A stretch of DNA of 64,000 bases from Eledone cirrhosa (taxonomy: Eukaryota): positions 43,834,001 to 43,898,000 of the forward strand of contig OZ024745.1 in NCBI GenBank assembly GCA_964016885.1, written 5' to 3'. Each line of letters starts with the position of its first letter. Positions within the stretch are counted from its first letter, which is position 1. Made by a program: the position numbers and the translations under genes. This document shows, one piece after another, positions 15,358-29,187 of this stretch. The notes below the pieces were generated by a model. The model saw nothing but the letters and a program-made list of their open reading frames with translations. It had not been told where the DNA came from and ran no database searches.

Positions 15358-15877
15358 TATATAAAATGTGTAAAAAAAAGTCTCACAAGTAAAGGAATAA
15401 ATACAAATGAACAAGGAAAGAAATTTACTCAGGGAAATATATTATTGTAGATATAGTATAAAGTTAATGCCTGAATAAATAAATAAACAACAGGAGCATT
15501 CTTAATGGAACTGTAGACATAATTTTTAAGTTAATGCATTGATAAATGAATAAGAGCATTCTTAAATGAATAACAATTGGTATTGAAACAATTATTAATA
15601 ATTATTGAACCATTAACCCAGGAAGAATACTTTAGATGTTTAGGTTAAGGAATATATAAATCAGTCAATGAAAGCAGGCATAATTTTCTGAAATCAATGT
15701 TTATTGAGCAATTAGAATAATATTTATATATTGATTTTAAAACTCTAATATCTACAATATAGTTCCCAAAGTAAATTTCTTTCCTTGATCAACAACTAAG
15801 AATATCTCTTCCAACTCTCTCTGACAGTTTTATCTCATTAATTGTATATCCTGGTGTAGTTATTTCAAAATCATAAA

Positions 15878-18180
15878 GTCCCAGGTTCAAATCCACTGTG
15901 TGACATCTTGAGCAAGCGTGTGTCATTGACAGAGAAGCCTTAGCCAATTGAAAGGGCAGGCATTACGATTGCTACAATTACAAAGAGCAGAGTTTTGTAT
16001 GTTCACCCTGGAAAGTTTTTTTCTGTTTAGTCCCAGGTTCAAATCCACTGTGTGACATCTTGAGCAAGCATGTGTCATTGACAGAGAGGTCTTAGCCCAT
16101 TGAAAGAGCAGAGTTTTGTATGTTCACCCTGGGAAGTTTTTTTTCTGTTTATACTGTCTATAAGCATAGCAAAAGTTTTAATGCAGATGTAGCTCACCTT
16201 AATGCTATTTCTATTAAATATCATGATATCTATGGTCTACAAGGAAAGGCTTATTTATAAAATTTAGGAAAATCCTGCCAACATTGAAAAATATATTTAG
16301 ACTTTATGGAGAATTATATCATTTGATAATCATTTCCTAGTTTTACATGCTTTTAGTAACAGAGCTGTTCTGTATATAATGTTTTCTATCTTTGAAGCTA
16401 CTACTTTTAATGCATCATTGTAATAAGAAGCAGCATAGTTAATCAGATGATAAGCTGATTATACGCTTTATAATATTATCAACAAACTTTCTAAGGGTTA
16501 TTAAGGGATGGTTGGAATTTATATTGATATACTGATGAACCAATGTAAGAATGGAAATGCAGATGTAAATTGAAAATGATGATGATGTAATTTCTTTGTA
16601 CCTAAATCTAGATATGTCTTTAAGAAATTTACTATTCTTAGATACGTATCTACATTAAATCTAAATCTTTAGATATGTTGATGAATTTCTTACTAATAAT
16701 CTGCCTGCTACATAATGTATATCTCTTCCAAATTAAGTATATGATGTACAATCCTATTGATTTCCAACCCTCTTTGTAAACTGAGCAGTTTGATATAGTA
16801 AAGTTATATCTGTTTATAACTAAAAACCTTTTGAAAAAGCTTTAGCTTCAGTAGAGATTTGTTTATTCCAATAAATGACTCTGACTTTAAAATTATCATT
16901 CATACTAGGAAATCTTTGGTATTTTACAATAATTATATTTGACTTTAATGTAATTGCCAGGAATTGATTGGTGTAGCATGAAGTCATATGATGGGACAGA
17001 AGCTTGTGAATTTGGTCTTTACTGTGATGATGGACTTTATATTTTGGAATTTGGTGCACACGGATGTTGATAGGATGTGTATCAGACAGAGCTCTATCAG
17101 TGTACACTGTGCTGGAGAGATCTGAGCAGAAGCTTCTAATCCAAGAGATGAGAATCAAGGAAAGCAGGTAAGCTAGAGGATTCTCATACCAGAATCATCA
17201 AAAGCTGGGCTATGACAAGTTCAAGTGTAATGACATTATATTTACAGAACTTCTGAAGTGTGAGAAGCCACTGCTGAGTGACACAAGTGTGCAGTTGTTC
17301 AGTTTATATGTATACATGAAAGTTGAAATTGTGGTCAGAAGACAGTAGACTCATCATGCTGGAGAATGTGAGTTTTAATGACACTTTCCATCAGCTTTGA
17401 AATGTTGGAAATAAACACAATAAATTGGTAAGACTCACTGTAGCATGTTTCCAAAGATGTAAATAGATTCCTGTAGAAATAGAAAGATTGAATTGTTTGA
17501 TGTAGATATAGGGTTTGTTCTGAAGGAAATAGTTTTCTATTTATACTGTCTATAAAAGTAGCAAAAGTTTTCATGCAGATGTAGCTCACCTTAATGCTAT
17601 TTTTATTAAATATGATGATATCTATAGTCTACAAGGAAAGGCTTATTTATAAGATTTAGGAAAATCCTGCCAACATTGAAAAACATATTTAGACTTTATG
17701 GAGAATTATATCATTTGATAATCATTTCCTAGTTTTACATTCTTTTTTTTTAGTAATAGGGAGGTGCTGAATTGGCAGAATGGTTAGAGCATCGGCTAGA
17801 ATGCTTTGCAGTATTCTTTTCGGCTCTCTGTTCTCTGAGTTCAAATCCCCAAGAGGTCAACTTTGTCTTTCATCCATTCCAGGTTGATGAAAAAAGTACC
17901 AGTTTAGTACTGAGGCTGATTCTTCCTCTTTATCTTTATCACTTCCATTCTCTCACTTTCTGTCCTTTTCTGGAAAAAATCTGCTATAGTCAGATCTGGG
18001 GAAGGATGGGCTTTGCCAGGTTTTAAAATGTCCTAGAAATGCTGAATGTCAATACAGCACTCCTACGGCTCTCTCATGAGTTACAGGACCATCCAATCAT
18101 CCATCCAGAGTAATAGAGCTGTTCTGTATAGAATGTATTCTATTTTTGAAGTCACTACTTTTAATGCATCATTGTAATAA
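15878..18180. repeat. Local duplications; the second long copy is split by a SINE-containing insertion
   Basis: 15878-16028 is repeated at 16029-16150. 16125-16405 is repeated at 17510-17759 plus 18109-18180, with AGTAATAG duplicated on both sides of the insert. Confidence 0.7.
17760..17915 (+). mobile_element. tRNA-derived SINE family B
   Basis: TGGCAGAATGGTTAGAGC...GAGTTCAAATCC...GGTCAACTTTGTCTTTCATCC...AAAAGTACCAG. Confidence 0.7.
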
Positions 18181-18774
18181 TGGTTTCTGATTTAGGCACA
18201 GGGCTAACAATTTGTATGTTTATGAATGCATAGTTTTAAAAATATGGTCAGATTCAGGAACATGTGTGAGACGCTGCTCCCAGTTTATCTGAAAGTTCAG
18301 TAGTTCCAAGTGGGGACTTGGTCTGTGAGTACCTATCCAACCCTTGCTAGCAGGGAAAATGGATGTCAAATGAAGATGATGATGATTTATATAAACATCT
18401 AGAAAGGAAATGAAAACGTTTTAGTAAAAAGCTATGAACATTTAATAATATTCTAAAGCATACTTGTTGACTAGCTACAATACATGATTGAACTTGCTTA
18501 GATTCTTGTCACAATTGATACTGCCAGTGTAATCAACGAATCCTCCTCCACCACCACCAAACCTTGATAAAATCATACTCTACTATCTTAAATAAAGATA
18601 TATTGGAACATGTAGTAGTTATATGATCTTATTTGAACCATGATAATCTGTCCAACTCATGTCAAAATGGAAAATGGACGGAAAATGTTGCTGTTGATAA
18701 TGATGATGACATATTGCTATGTTTTGGAATGGAGAAACTCTCAACTAAGGATCAATACAGTGATTTCTTCAGAC

Positions 18775-18897
<123 letters not shown>

Positions 18898-19122
18898 TCT
18901 GACATATATATAAGATCTGAAAACTGTTCACTCTTTTACTTACTAGCTATTTTTACATCTGATGCTAAGGTGGGAGATAAGGAAATTGAAGCTCAAATAA
19001 GAAAGTTAAGATCTACATTTGAAAATCTACAAAAAAGGTCAGGGAGCTACTATGGTAACTCTTTGAGAATAAAGATAAATTTAAAATAATATTATTTCTG
19101 ATCGAGACGAAGTGAGATTGAC

Positions 19123-19419
19123 TACATATAAAAATGAGAAAACTCATCGCTAGAACAGCCATTAAAACAGCGATGGGCAAAAAGGCCTCAGAGGACAGAG
19201 GGACGATCCACAAGGTAGGTAGTGCACTTCTCCTTGTCCTTCTCCTCTTTCAGTCTTTTCTATATTTCATCTGCCTCACTCACCTTCTGGATTGTCTCTC
19301 TGTTGACCACTGGTTGCTGGTCTCTGTCCTCTGAGGCAGTTTTGCCCATCACTGTCTTTGGCAGCATTTAGCTGTTTTAACGGCTGTTCTAGCAATGAGT
19401 TTTCTCATTTTTATATGTA
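19123..19419. mobile_element. MITE-like fold-back with long imperfect terminal inverted repeats
   Basis: TACATATAAAAATGAGAAAACTCATCGCTAGAACAGCC...CCTCAGAGGACAGAG is mirrored at the right end. Confidence 0.65.
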
Positions 19420-20192
19420 TTCATTTAAGATAAATGTTTATGAAGCTATTATCTTTAAAACTTCTCTCTATATTGTTGAATCATGAACTTTATGCAGTAA
19501 ATATATTGCACAGTTTGATTATTTCCACAAGCAGTGCTTCAAGTAGATATGCAGAGAGAAATAGGGCAGATTAAAAATTACTTCCATACTATTTTGGTGC
19601 AACATTTATTTTAATAACCTTTACTTATTATAATAGGAATAGAGTTTGTGAAATAGGCAATGGTTTGATTATGAACATATGCATAGCCAAACCAAGTTTT
19701 AAAAATTAGTTGTTTAACCCTCGTTCTTCATCCACAACCAAAAACATCATCATCCTCATCATTTCTGCACCTACCTTACCATTCTGGCATGGACTGGATG
19801 AAATTTGTTTAGGTAAGGTTTTACAAATGGATGTCCTTTCTGATGCTAACCATTTTAGTCATGTCTTATGACACTAACAGGCACGGATATGGTGTACTTA
19901 TCCTAAAAACTAGAATGTTTCCATTTTCTCCTTTTGATTTCCTGTCTTTGTGCCATTTCCTTTATATGTATCTTCTCTCAGGTGATAGTGGTGGTGCCAC
20001 AATAAAACAGTACATGCCATGAAGTGGTTGGTATTAGGAATGGCATCCAGCCATGTTAAATTGAAACATATGAGCAAAACAGTTATCTGATATGCCTGGT
20101 TTCAGAACAGGACAACCTGTCTAACCCATGCAAGCATATGGAAAATAGATGTAAAATATTGATGATGATGATAATGTGTAAATATATATATA

Positions 20193-20358
20193 TTGGGAGA
20201 GAGTCTATGGTTCTGAGACTGGGGAGATCACTAATGGGAGTACTTAATGTATGGAGAGATGCAGAGTAGGTATAGAGATATGTAAAATCTGGACCATGTC
20301 ACCAAGTGGGTTCAGCAAGCCTGCTGAAACCACTTGGTGGCATGGTCCAGATTTTACA

Positions 20359-20362
<4 letters not shown>
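20193..20362 (-). mobile_element. Short fold-back element (38-bp arms, 4-nt loop) with ACTC...AAGT tail
   Basis: Arms 20280-20317 and 20322-20359; the tail has an inverted homolog at 31443-31517. Confidence 0.6.
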
Positions 20363-20392
<30 letters not shown>

Positions 20393-20393
<1 letters not shown>

Positions 20394-23290
20394 CATCATC
20401 ATCATCATCATCAACGTTTAACGTCCGTGTTCCACGCTTGCATGGGTTTGGACGGGAGTTTTCCCATTTGAGGCAAGAGTGGTTATCTTGCTCGCATAGG
20501 ACTATCTGGCGGGTTTTCTACAGCTGGATGCCCTTCCTAACACCAACCACATTTACAGTGTGGGGCTGGGAGGTTTTTACCGTGTTGCCTACACGGCCAC
20601 ATTACAGCGTGAACTGTGTGTTTTTTTGACGTGACACCTACACGATCTCATTTGTTTCGGCCTGGATGTTGTGGCACCAACATAACTTTACATTGAAAGG
20701 GGCGGTGTGGATGGGGTGGGGGTGGTGGGACGGGGGTGTATTTTGTTAGAGATGCCTACTGATTGTAGTAGGTTTTACTTTGTATTTAGGTAAGGCGGGT
20801 CTTCTCTATTACTGAGTACCGCCAAAGGTCTCGGTCCAGTGACATTGTCTTGGTGAGGTGTAAGTGTGTGAGGTCGGAATTTATCAGCTCGCCCCAGATG
20901 TTTCTGGGTCTGCCTATTCCGTGGCTACCGTCTAATTTTATTGCCCTGCACTTTGTTATACAGCTGTCGTCCTTCATGCGCATCACGTGACCATACCAAC
21001 ATAGCCTTCTCTCGAGTAATCAACATCTGATCCCTCTTATTTCTAATTTTTTCCTTAGTTTGTTTATGCTTTGCCGTTCACGTATATTACTATTACACAT
21101 CCAATGGAGCATGCAAGCTTCGTTTCTCTCTAGTCTGCGTATATCCTCTGCACACAATGCCCAGGTCTCACTGCCATGCAACATTGCTGTTCGTATGCAG
21201 GCATCGTACAGCCTGCCTTTCATTTTTAGGGAGAACCCTTTCACGGCTAATAGTGGTATAAGCTCTCTGAACTTTTTCCATCCAGTTCTGACTCTAGCTA
21301 CTGTACTTTCAGAGCCCCCTCCCCCACTGCTGATTTTGTCACCCAGGTAACGGAAGCTGTCCACTATTTCTATAGAACCCTCTGCGCAGTTGAAAGAGCT
21401 AGTATTTTGTGGGCACTTGCTGCTACTTATTGCACCAGAGCACCGGCCACATGTAAAATCTATGTTCTTAGTTAGCTTACCTGTGATCCCACTGCATCTT
21501 TTATGCAGCCATACTTTGCATTTGGGACACAAAATGGAGTTTCTACCTACGCCTTTCCTACACACTGAGCATGGCCACTTCCCGGAAGGGACCGCCACCT
21601 TATTTTCTTTCTTACAAACTAGAACTTTAGTCTTAGCCAGGTTAATTTTAAGGCCTTTTGATTCTAGGCCGTGCTTCCATGTTTGGAATTTCTTCTCTAG
21701 CTCGGCCATTGATTCAGCTATGAGTGTTAGGTCATCTGCGTATAGGAGTTCCCATGGGCAACCGGTCTTGAACTCCTCTGTTATAGCCTGAAGGGCAATA
21801 ATAAATAGTAGGGGGCTGAGAACAGAGCCCTGATGGACGCCAACTTTTACGCTAAACTCTTCACTATATTCGTTGTTAATTCTAACCTTGCTGACTCTTT
21901 CTTTATACATGGCTTGTATAGCTCTCACAAGCCATTCGTCAACACCTAGTTTTCTAAGAGCCCACCAGATAATGGAACGGGGGACTCTGTCGAAGGCTTT
22001 CTCCAAGTCGACAAAAGCTAAGTATAGGGGTTTACTTTTAGCTAGGTACTTCTCCTGTAGTTGTCGTACAATGAAAAGAGCGTCTGTGGTACTTTTGCCT
22101 GACACAAACCCGAACTGCATTTCATCTAGATCAATTCTCTCTCTGATTAGTTGCGCTATTACTTTTTCCGTGACCTTCATGACCTGGTCGATTAATTTAA
22201 TGCCTCTATAGTTACTCCTATCTAGGGCATCTCCTTTACCCTTATAACAGTTAACGATGATGCTGCTACGCCAGTCCTTCGGAACAACCCCATTCTGTAC
22301 GACTTGGTTAACTATCCGGGTGACCATGGTGTGTCCCACCGTACCAGATGCCTTCAGCATCTCGGCAACTATTTCCGAAGGCCCAGCCGCCTTACCCGTC
22401 TTCATATCTTTGATTGCCTTACTTATTATACTACCCTCGACTAACACTGCCGGTCCCTCTATTGGATCGATGTGGGGGAGACTGTCTTTCTCCCATTTAT
22501 ACTCCTCATTTAGTAGCCTTTCATAGTGACACTTCCAAGCTACTTTCTTATCAGCGTCGGTGATGGCAAGTACGCCGTCATTATTAAGTACACACTTCTC
22601 CCCGACAATATCACGGTTTTCCTTGACACATTGCCTAGCAATCCTGAACACCTCATGTTTTTGGTCCTCTCGTTGTAGAACATGCTTGAACTTTCTTTCC
22701 TCTGCTTCCCTTCTTGCGAAGTACACTTGTCTCCTAGCTTCCCTCCTGGCCACTTGATAGTCTTCTCTGCTTCCCCCATCCCGCCATACCTTCCAAGCCT
22801 GCTTTTTGGCCTTAATTGACCCCTCCACCTTACTGTTCCACCACTATGTTATTCTCCTCCTGCCTACAGGCCTGCTCCAGCCACAGACTTCGTCTGCCGC
22901 CATCAGCAGGTTTGCTTTCAGGAATTCCCACTGCTCCTCTATATTGTACGACTCTAATTGCTCTTCCTTACTGTCGAAAGCATCAAGTAGTATACTTTTG
23001 AATTTATTTCTGGCTGTGGCGTCCTTTAGCTTCCATATTTTTCTCCTGAGGATAGTCCTCTTCTGCTGTCGAGTACGTCTCGTCCTGACTATTAGGTCGC
23101 TAATTATCAGTCTATGTTGGGAGGTGCATTCTTCATGGGGGAGGGATTTAGTGTTTACAACAGACACTCTGTCACGTCTTCTGGTAAGGATATATTCTAC
23201 CTGGCTTGTGTGTTCCCCCGATCTATAGGTGATCAGGTGATTGTCACGTTTTTTGAAGTTAGTGTTACAGATAGTTAGGTTATTTGCATA
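20393..23290 (-). mobile_element. RTE-clade LINE copy B (~2.9 kb, 5'-truncated within APE domain, disrupted)
   Basis: ORF 21020-22828 has [38 protein letters not shown]. Premature stop at ~22845, disruption near 21020, (GAT)n 3' tail. Confidence 0.95.
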
Positions 23291-23298
23291 TCTATCTA

Positions 23299-23332
<34 letters not shown>

Positions 23333-24483
23333 CATACACACACACCCAGAAAGAGAGAGAGAGATTACTTTGACACAAAAGTAACAGCAGATAAAATGTT
23401 TTCACCATATAGTTCTGTGGTTTAAGTCATGCTTACTTTGGTTTAGCCACAACTAGATTGATTAAATATAAACCAGTAAATGAAGAAGAGTGAAAAAGGT
23501 GTGAAATAACAGACTAATCAGGTGAATAACATTCCAGTTTAGTGGCTGGTTCACAGACATTGCTTTTGAATTCAGTCAAAACATTGTTGAAGTCACAGCT
23601 ATTACAGTGAAGAAAAACACTTCAAAGTAGATATTATCTACCTTCTCAGGTTAATATGTAAGAATGTTTATCAAGCATAAAACACCTTCAGTCCAATAAA
23701 AATACATCAATGAAATAGAAATTTCATACTATATGGAGAAAATAACAGTAATAAAGAAAGAAAAAAATATACAAATGTCTGAGTTAATATAAGGAGTGGT
23801 ATGTTCAAGCACAGAGATACTATAAGATATCTTATAGAATAGGCTGAAGACGTTTAAGAGATGAAAAAATATGATGCCATCATTCACTATGAGGAATCAA
23901 ACCATATATCTCCCAGATATCGGTTAGGTGCTTTGAACCATTAAGCCAAGGCACCGTGACAATTCCTACTGTTTTAAATTATGTAGTTTCCTAATTTAAG
24001 GTGGTAAGAGTTGTTCCCATCTCGGAGGGTTTTCAGCCTATTTTATAAGTTATTTTATAGCATCTCGCCACATGAGCACACTACTCTCTCTCTCTATATA
24101 TATATATACACACACACACACAATATTTACGAAAATCATTGATATCAACGCAATGGTCTCTGGCCAATGTCTCACCCACTCAATAAATCTGCTAGATTGC
24201 AGTAATGTCACTGTTCAGAGTGCACACATTTTAGTTAATAGCAAGTACAAAGGCAGTGTTTTGGTAGAGATACACTATGTATATATAATATAAATATAGA
24301 CTAAAATAAAATTATTTCAGTCATATTACTTAAAAGTAGCTCAAAACAACTACAAGCTAAAATCTATATTATGTAGAGCTTATTTATACAAATTATATAA
24401 ATTGTAATTATGTATAGTATATTAAAAGTAAGCATTGCAAGAAAAAATACATTTTAAAAGAAAAGAATATAATTGTATCTAGA

Positions 24484-24648
24484 ATATAGTAAGAAGTACA
24501 CTAGCAGCCAAAGTGTATGATAATATGCCTACATACTAGATATGTGTATATATTTATACATGTTGGTGCAGTCTTGGTTACGCACTCTGTATTTATACAG
24601 GTATAACTTTATTATACACTTTGGCTGCTAACACACTTCTTACTATAT
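24484..24648. repeat. Imperfect inverted repeat with an adjacent partial direct copy (24745-24805)
   Basis: ATATAGTAAGAAGT..TAGCAGCCAAAGTGTAT / ATACACTTTGGCTGCTA..ACTTCTTACTATAT. Confidence 0.6.
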
Positions 24649-24831
24649 GTGTTAATTAACTACCAACATGAACACTAATTATATGTGAATTAGTGTCACC
24701 ATTTCAGAATTATACTAAGAGTGAATGGGTATATATACATGTGACTGGTGCAGTCTCAGTTACAGACTCTCTATTTAATCAAATATAATTTTATCATACA
24801 CTTTTTACTCTATATATGATATATATATATA

Positions 24832-27001
24832 TAACGCTGACGCTGATAAGAAGGTAGCTTGGAAGTGTCACTACGAAAGGCTTCTAAATGAGGAGAATAA
24901 ATGGGAGAAAGACAGTCTCCCCCACATCGACCCAATAGAGGGACCGGCAGTGTTAGTCGAAGGTAGTATAATAAGTAAGGCAATCAAAGATATGAAGATG
25001 GGTAAGGCGGCTGGGCCTTTGGAAATAGTTGCTGAGATGCTGAAAGCCTCTGGAACGGTGGGACACACCATGGTCACCCGGATAGTTAACCAAGTCATAC
25101 AGAATGGGGTTGTTCCGAAGGACTGGCGTAGCAGCATCATCATTAACTGTTACAAGGGTAAAGGAGATGCCCTAGATAGGAGTAACTATAGAGGCATTAA
25201 ATTAATCGACCAGGTCATGAAGGTCACGGAAAAAGTTATAGCGCAACTAATCAGAGAGAGAATTGATCTAGATGAAATGCAGTTCGGGTTTGTGTCAGGC
25301 AAAAGTACCACAGACGCTCTTTTCATTGTACGACAACTACAGGAGAAGTACCTAGCTAAAAGTAAACCCCTATACTTAGCTTTTGTTGACTTGGAGAAAG
25401 CCTTCGACAGAGTCCCCCGTTCCATTATCTGGTGGGCTCTTAGAAAACTAGGTGTTGACGAATGGCTTGTGAGAGCTATACAAGCCATGTATAAAGAAAG
25501 AGTCAGCAAAGTTAGAATTAACAACGAATATAGTGAAGAGTTTAGTGTAAAAGTTGGTGTTCATCAGGGCTCTGTTCTTAGCCCCCTACTATTTATTATT
25601 GCCCTTCAGGCTATAACAGTGGAGTTCAAGACCGGCTGCCCATGGGAACTCCTATACGCAGATGATCTAACGCTCATAGCTGAATCAATGGCCGAGCTAG
25701 AGAAGAAATTCCAAACATGGAAGCACGGCCGAGAATCAAAAGGCCTTAAAATTAACCTGGCTAAGACTAAAGTTCTAGTTTGTAGGAAAAAAAATAAGGC
25801 GACTGTCCCTTCCGGGAAATGGCCATGCTCAGTGTGTAGGAAAGGCGTAGGTAGAAACTCCATTTTATGTCCCAAATGCAAAGTATGGGTGCATAAAAGA
25901 TGTAGTGGGATCACAGGTAAGCTAACTAAGAACATAGATTTTACATGTGGCCGGTGCTCTGGTGCAATAAGTAGCAGCAAGTGCCCACAAAATACTAGCT
26001 CTTTCAATTGTGCAGAGGGTTCTATAGAAATAGTGGACAGCTTCCGTTACCTGGGTGACAAAATCAGCAGTGGGGGAGGGGGCTCTGAAAGTACAGTAGC
26101 TAGAGTCAGAACTGGATGGAAAAAGTTCAGAGAGCTTATACCACTATTAGCCACTAAAGGGTTCTCCCTAAAAATGAAAGGCAGGCTGTACGATGCCTGC
26201 ATACGAACAGCAATGTTGCATGGCAGTGAGACCTGGGCATTGTGTGCAGAGGATATATGCAGACTGGAGAGAAACGAAGCTTGCATGCTCCGCTGGATGT
26301 GTAATAGTAACATACGTGAACGGCAAAACATAAGCGAACTAAGGAAAAAATTAGAAATAAGAGGGATCAGATGTTGTCTACTCGAGAGAAGGCTACGTTG
26401 GTGTGGTCATGTGATGCGCATGAAAGACGACAGCTGTATAACAAAGTGCAGGGCAATAAAGATAGACGGTAGCCACGGAGTAGGCAGACCCAGAAAAACC
26501 TGGGACGAGCTGATAAATTCCGACCTCACACACTTACACCTCACCAAGACAATGTCACTGGACCGAGACCTTTGGCGGTACTCAGTAATAGAGAAGACCC
26601 GCCTTACCTAAATACAAAGTAAAACCTACTACAGTCAGTAGGCATCTCTAACAAAATACACCCCGTCCCACCACCCCCAACCCATCCACACCGCCCCTTT
26701 CAATGTAAAGTTATGTTGGTGCCACAACATCCAGCCCGAAACAAATGAGATCGTGTAGGTGTCACGACAAAAAAACACACAGTCCACGCTGTAATGTGGC
26801 CGTGTAGGCAAAACGGTAAAAACCTCCCAGCCCCACACTGTAAATGTGGTTGGTGTTAGGAAGGGCATCCAGCTGTAGAAAACCCGCCAGACAGTCCTAT
26901 GCGAGCAAGACAATCACTCTTGCCTCAAGTGGGAAAACCCCCGTCTAAACCCATGCAAGCGTGGAACACGGACGTTAAACGTTGATGATGATGATGATGA
27001 T
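24832..27001 (+). mobile_element. RTE-clade LINE copy C (5'-truncated, RT ORF open to its natural stop)
   Basis: ORF 24950-26611 (553 aa) with all RT motifs, 3' UTR and (GAT)n tail; both ends in (TA)n. Confidence 0.95.
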
Positions 27002-27134
27002 ATATATATATATATCGTTTTCGGTGTGCCCGGCCGACTGAACTCACTCGATATGCAAATTAGGCTGCTCAGCTGTTAATATGCATAAGGAAAGTATATA
27101 CTTTCAGATGTTCAACCATCTGGCAGGAAGGTAT

Positions 27135-27177
27135 ACGATGCTGACGATAGCTAATAAACTTGAAACTAGTACATCGT
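27135..27177 (+). ncRNA. Minimal type-I hammerhead ribozyme
   Basis: Stem I ACGATG/CATCGT (extendable by CAGGA/TCCTG); CTGACGA; weak stem II; GAAA; palindromic CTAG; GUA cleavage triplet (27171). Confidence 0.7.
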
Positions 27178-27461
27178 TCCTGTGTCAGTGTTGAACAAAA
27201 AGGTGACGTGGTTGCCTGAACACTGTACGGCGTAATTCGGGCTGTTTGTTTGTTTACAAACAAACAAACCGAGCATTATAATAAATGTTCGGTAAACCGA
27301 TACGTACATATATATATATGTGTGTGTGCATGTATGTATATATATACATACTACTGTACGTCTGTATACATATATGTATGTACGTATACATACATACATA
27401 CTTACATTTAAGTAAGTGCCGTACTAAGAGTGAGAAATGAAATTTCGTTTCATTCTATTCC

Positions 27462-27504
<43 letters not shown>

Positions 27505-27711
27505 AAAAGAGTATGTATATACATATATATGTATATACATAGGAAAAGAGTCAGGACCCCGATGGCTGAGTTCCGGTTGTTTCGACAGCTAGATCCTATT
27601 ACCCACTCTACTACCCTAAGTATCGAGTGCTCTGGTCTGTAATGGTCCACCTGGTTTCTTACCACACTTTCTTTGTTATGTATATATATATATAGTAAAT
27701 ATATATATAGT

Positions 27712-28035
27712 GATGGTGTGTGGGTTAATGGTTAGAGTATTAGGCTCACAGTTATGTGTTCCTGAACTGAGTGGTGTGTTGTGTCTTTGAGCTAAACACT
27801 ATTTCACATTGCTCCAGTTCACTCAAAAGGAAAAGATGATTTGCCATGTCACTGGTGCCAAGTTGTGTAAGCCTTTACCTTTTCCTTTGACAACATTGGT
27901 GGCATGGAGAGGGGAGACTGGTATGCATGGGTGACTATTGGTCTTCCACTAAAACACCTTGCTCAGGCTTATGCATTAGAGGGGAGCTTTCTAGGTACAA
28001 ACACGTGGTCAGACATGACCAAAGAAGGCCTCCCA
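27712..28035 (+). mobile_element. SINE family A, diverged
   Basis: Homologous to 32690-33015. Confidence 0.7.
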
Positions 28036-28142
28036 TGTATATATTCTCAATTTGCACCATGTTCTATCTTGTTTTTGTTTTTCGGTTTCCTTGTTCATTA
28101 TATGTTTAAATATATGTCATTATCATCATTATCATCGTAAGT

Positions 28143-28690
28143 GTCATCATCATCACCATCATCATTTAACATCCATTTTCTCTGCTTGCGTCGGTTGGAT
28201 GGCTCTTTTGAAGCACAGCTTCTCCCCACTCATTGTGTTCCTTCATCCTCTTCTTTGTAAGATTCAATGGTTTGAGATCAACACTCATAATCTTTGTCCA
28301 GGTCTTCTTCCACTGTAGCTTCCTTCCACCGGGATATATTGGCCTTTTTTCAGCCAACAATCATCATCCATAAGCATCAAATGTCCATTCTAGTGTAGTC
28401 TTCTCTCTTGCACACTACATCACCAGATTATCCCACAAGAATCTCTACTACTCTTCTATGTTGCTAGTCTCTAACTTATCTTCCTTTCAGTCATAAGTGT
28501 CTAGCACCACATCCCTGAATTTGTCACCATCTGCTTTCTGTTTCTGTGTTCGTCTAGCTCTGATTATAAAGTCACTGATCACTAAGTTAAGTTGGGTTGT
28601 ACATTCCTCTCCAGGAAGAATCTTTGTGTTTGCAGACATCAGCCTATCTTGGCTACTGGTGAGGATAAAATCGATCTGGTTAGAGAGGAC
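28143..28690 (-). mobile_element. Old internally deleted RTE remnant
   Basis: (GAT)n tail, GRKLQWKKTW-like 3' ORF end, and an SNQIDFILTS APE fragment. Confidence 0.6.
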
Positions 28691-29187
28691 TATAGCTGAT
28701 TTAAACTACATATTTACATACTGTAAAGTGGATGTGTTGGCGCCATAAAAAAAGCACTAAATCCACCCTGAACCCTGTCATGTACTACTAGTAGTGGTGG
28801 TGGTGCTATGAGAAAACAAACCTGCTGCATACCATGAAGTGGTTGGCATTAGGAAGGGCATCCAGCCATGCCAAAATGGAATGTATGAGTAAGACACAAT
28901 CATGTGACCTGTTTAACTTCAGAACATGCAATCCATGTACCCATGCATAAAACAGACATACAATGGTGAGGACAATGATATACATACATGCACATACATA
29001 CATATATACATACTCATACATATAATTCTATTTCCTGTTTTTCTCATGTTTCCATAGTTGGAATGTTTTTGTTAAAGCATTTGTTTCGTTTTTTCCTGTT
29101 GCAAACCATACATCCATGAAATATGAATGTAGGTATGTACACACATGTCTCTCTCTCTCTCTCTCTCTTTGTGTATATATATATATA

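Noticed and set aside
16960-17175. Exon-like plus-strand segment ending in CAG|GTAAGC
   Set aside because: The reading I tried closes at a stop and matches no recognisable protein; insufficient support
21060-22757. Repeated 'conserved' ORFs such as [11 protein letters not shown]... and MLILTLLTLSL...
   Set aside because: Antisense shadows of the RTE ORF; they recur only because the LINE copies are near-identical
23840-23880. CTGAAGA...GAAA hammerhead-like match
   Set aside because: No credible stem III, cleavage triplet or stem I
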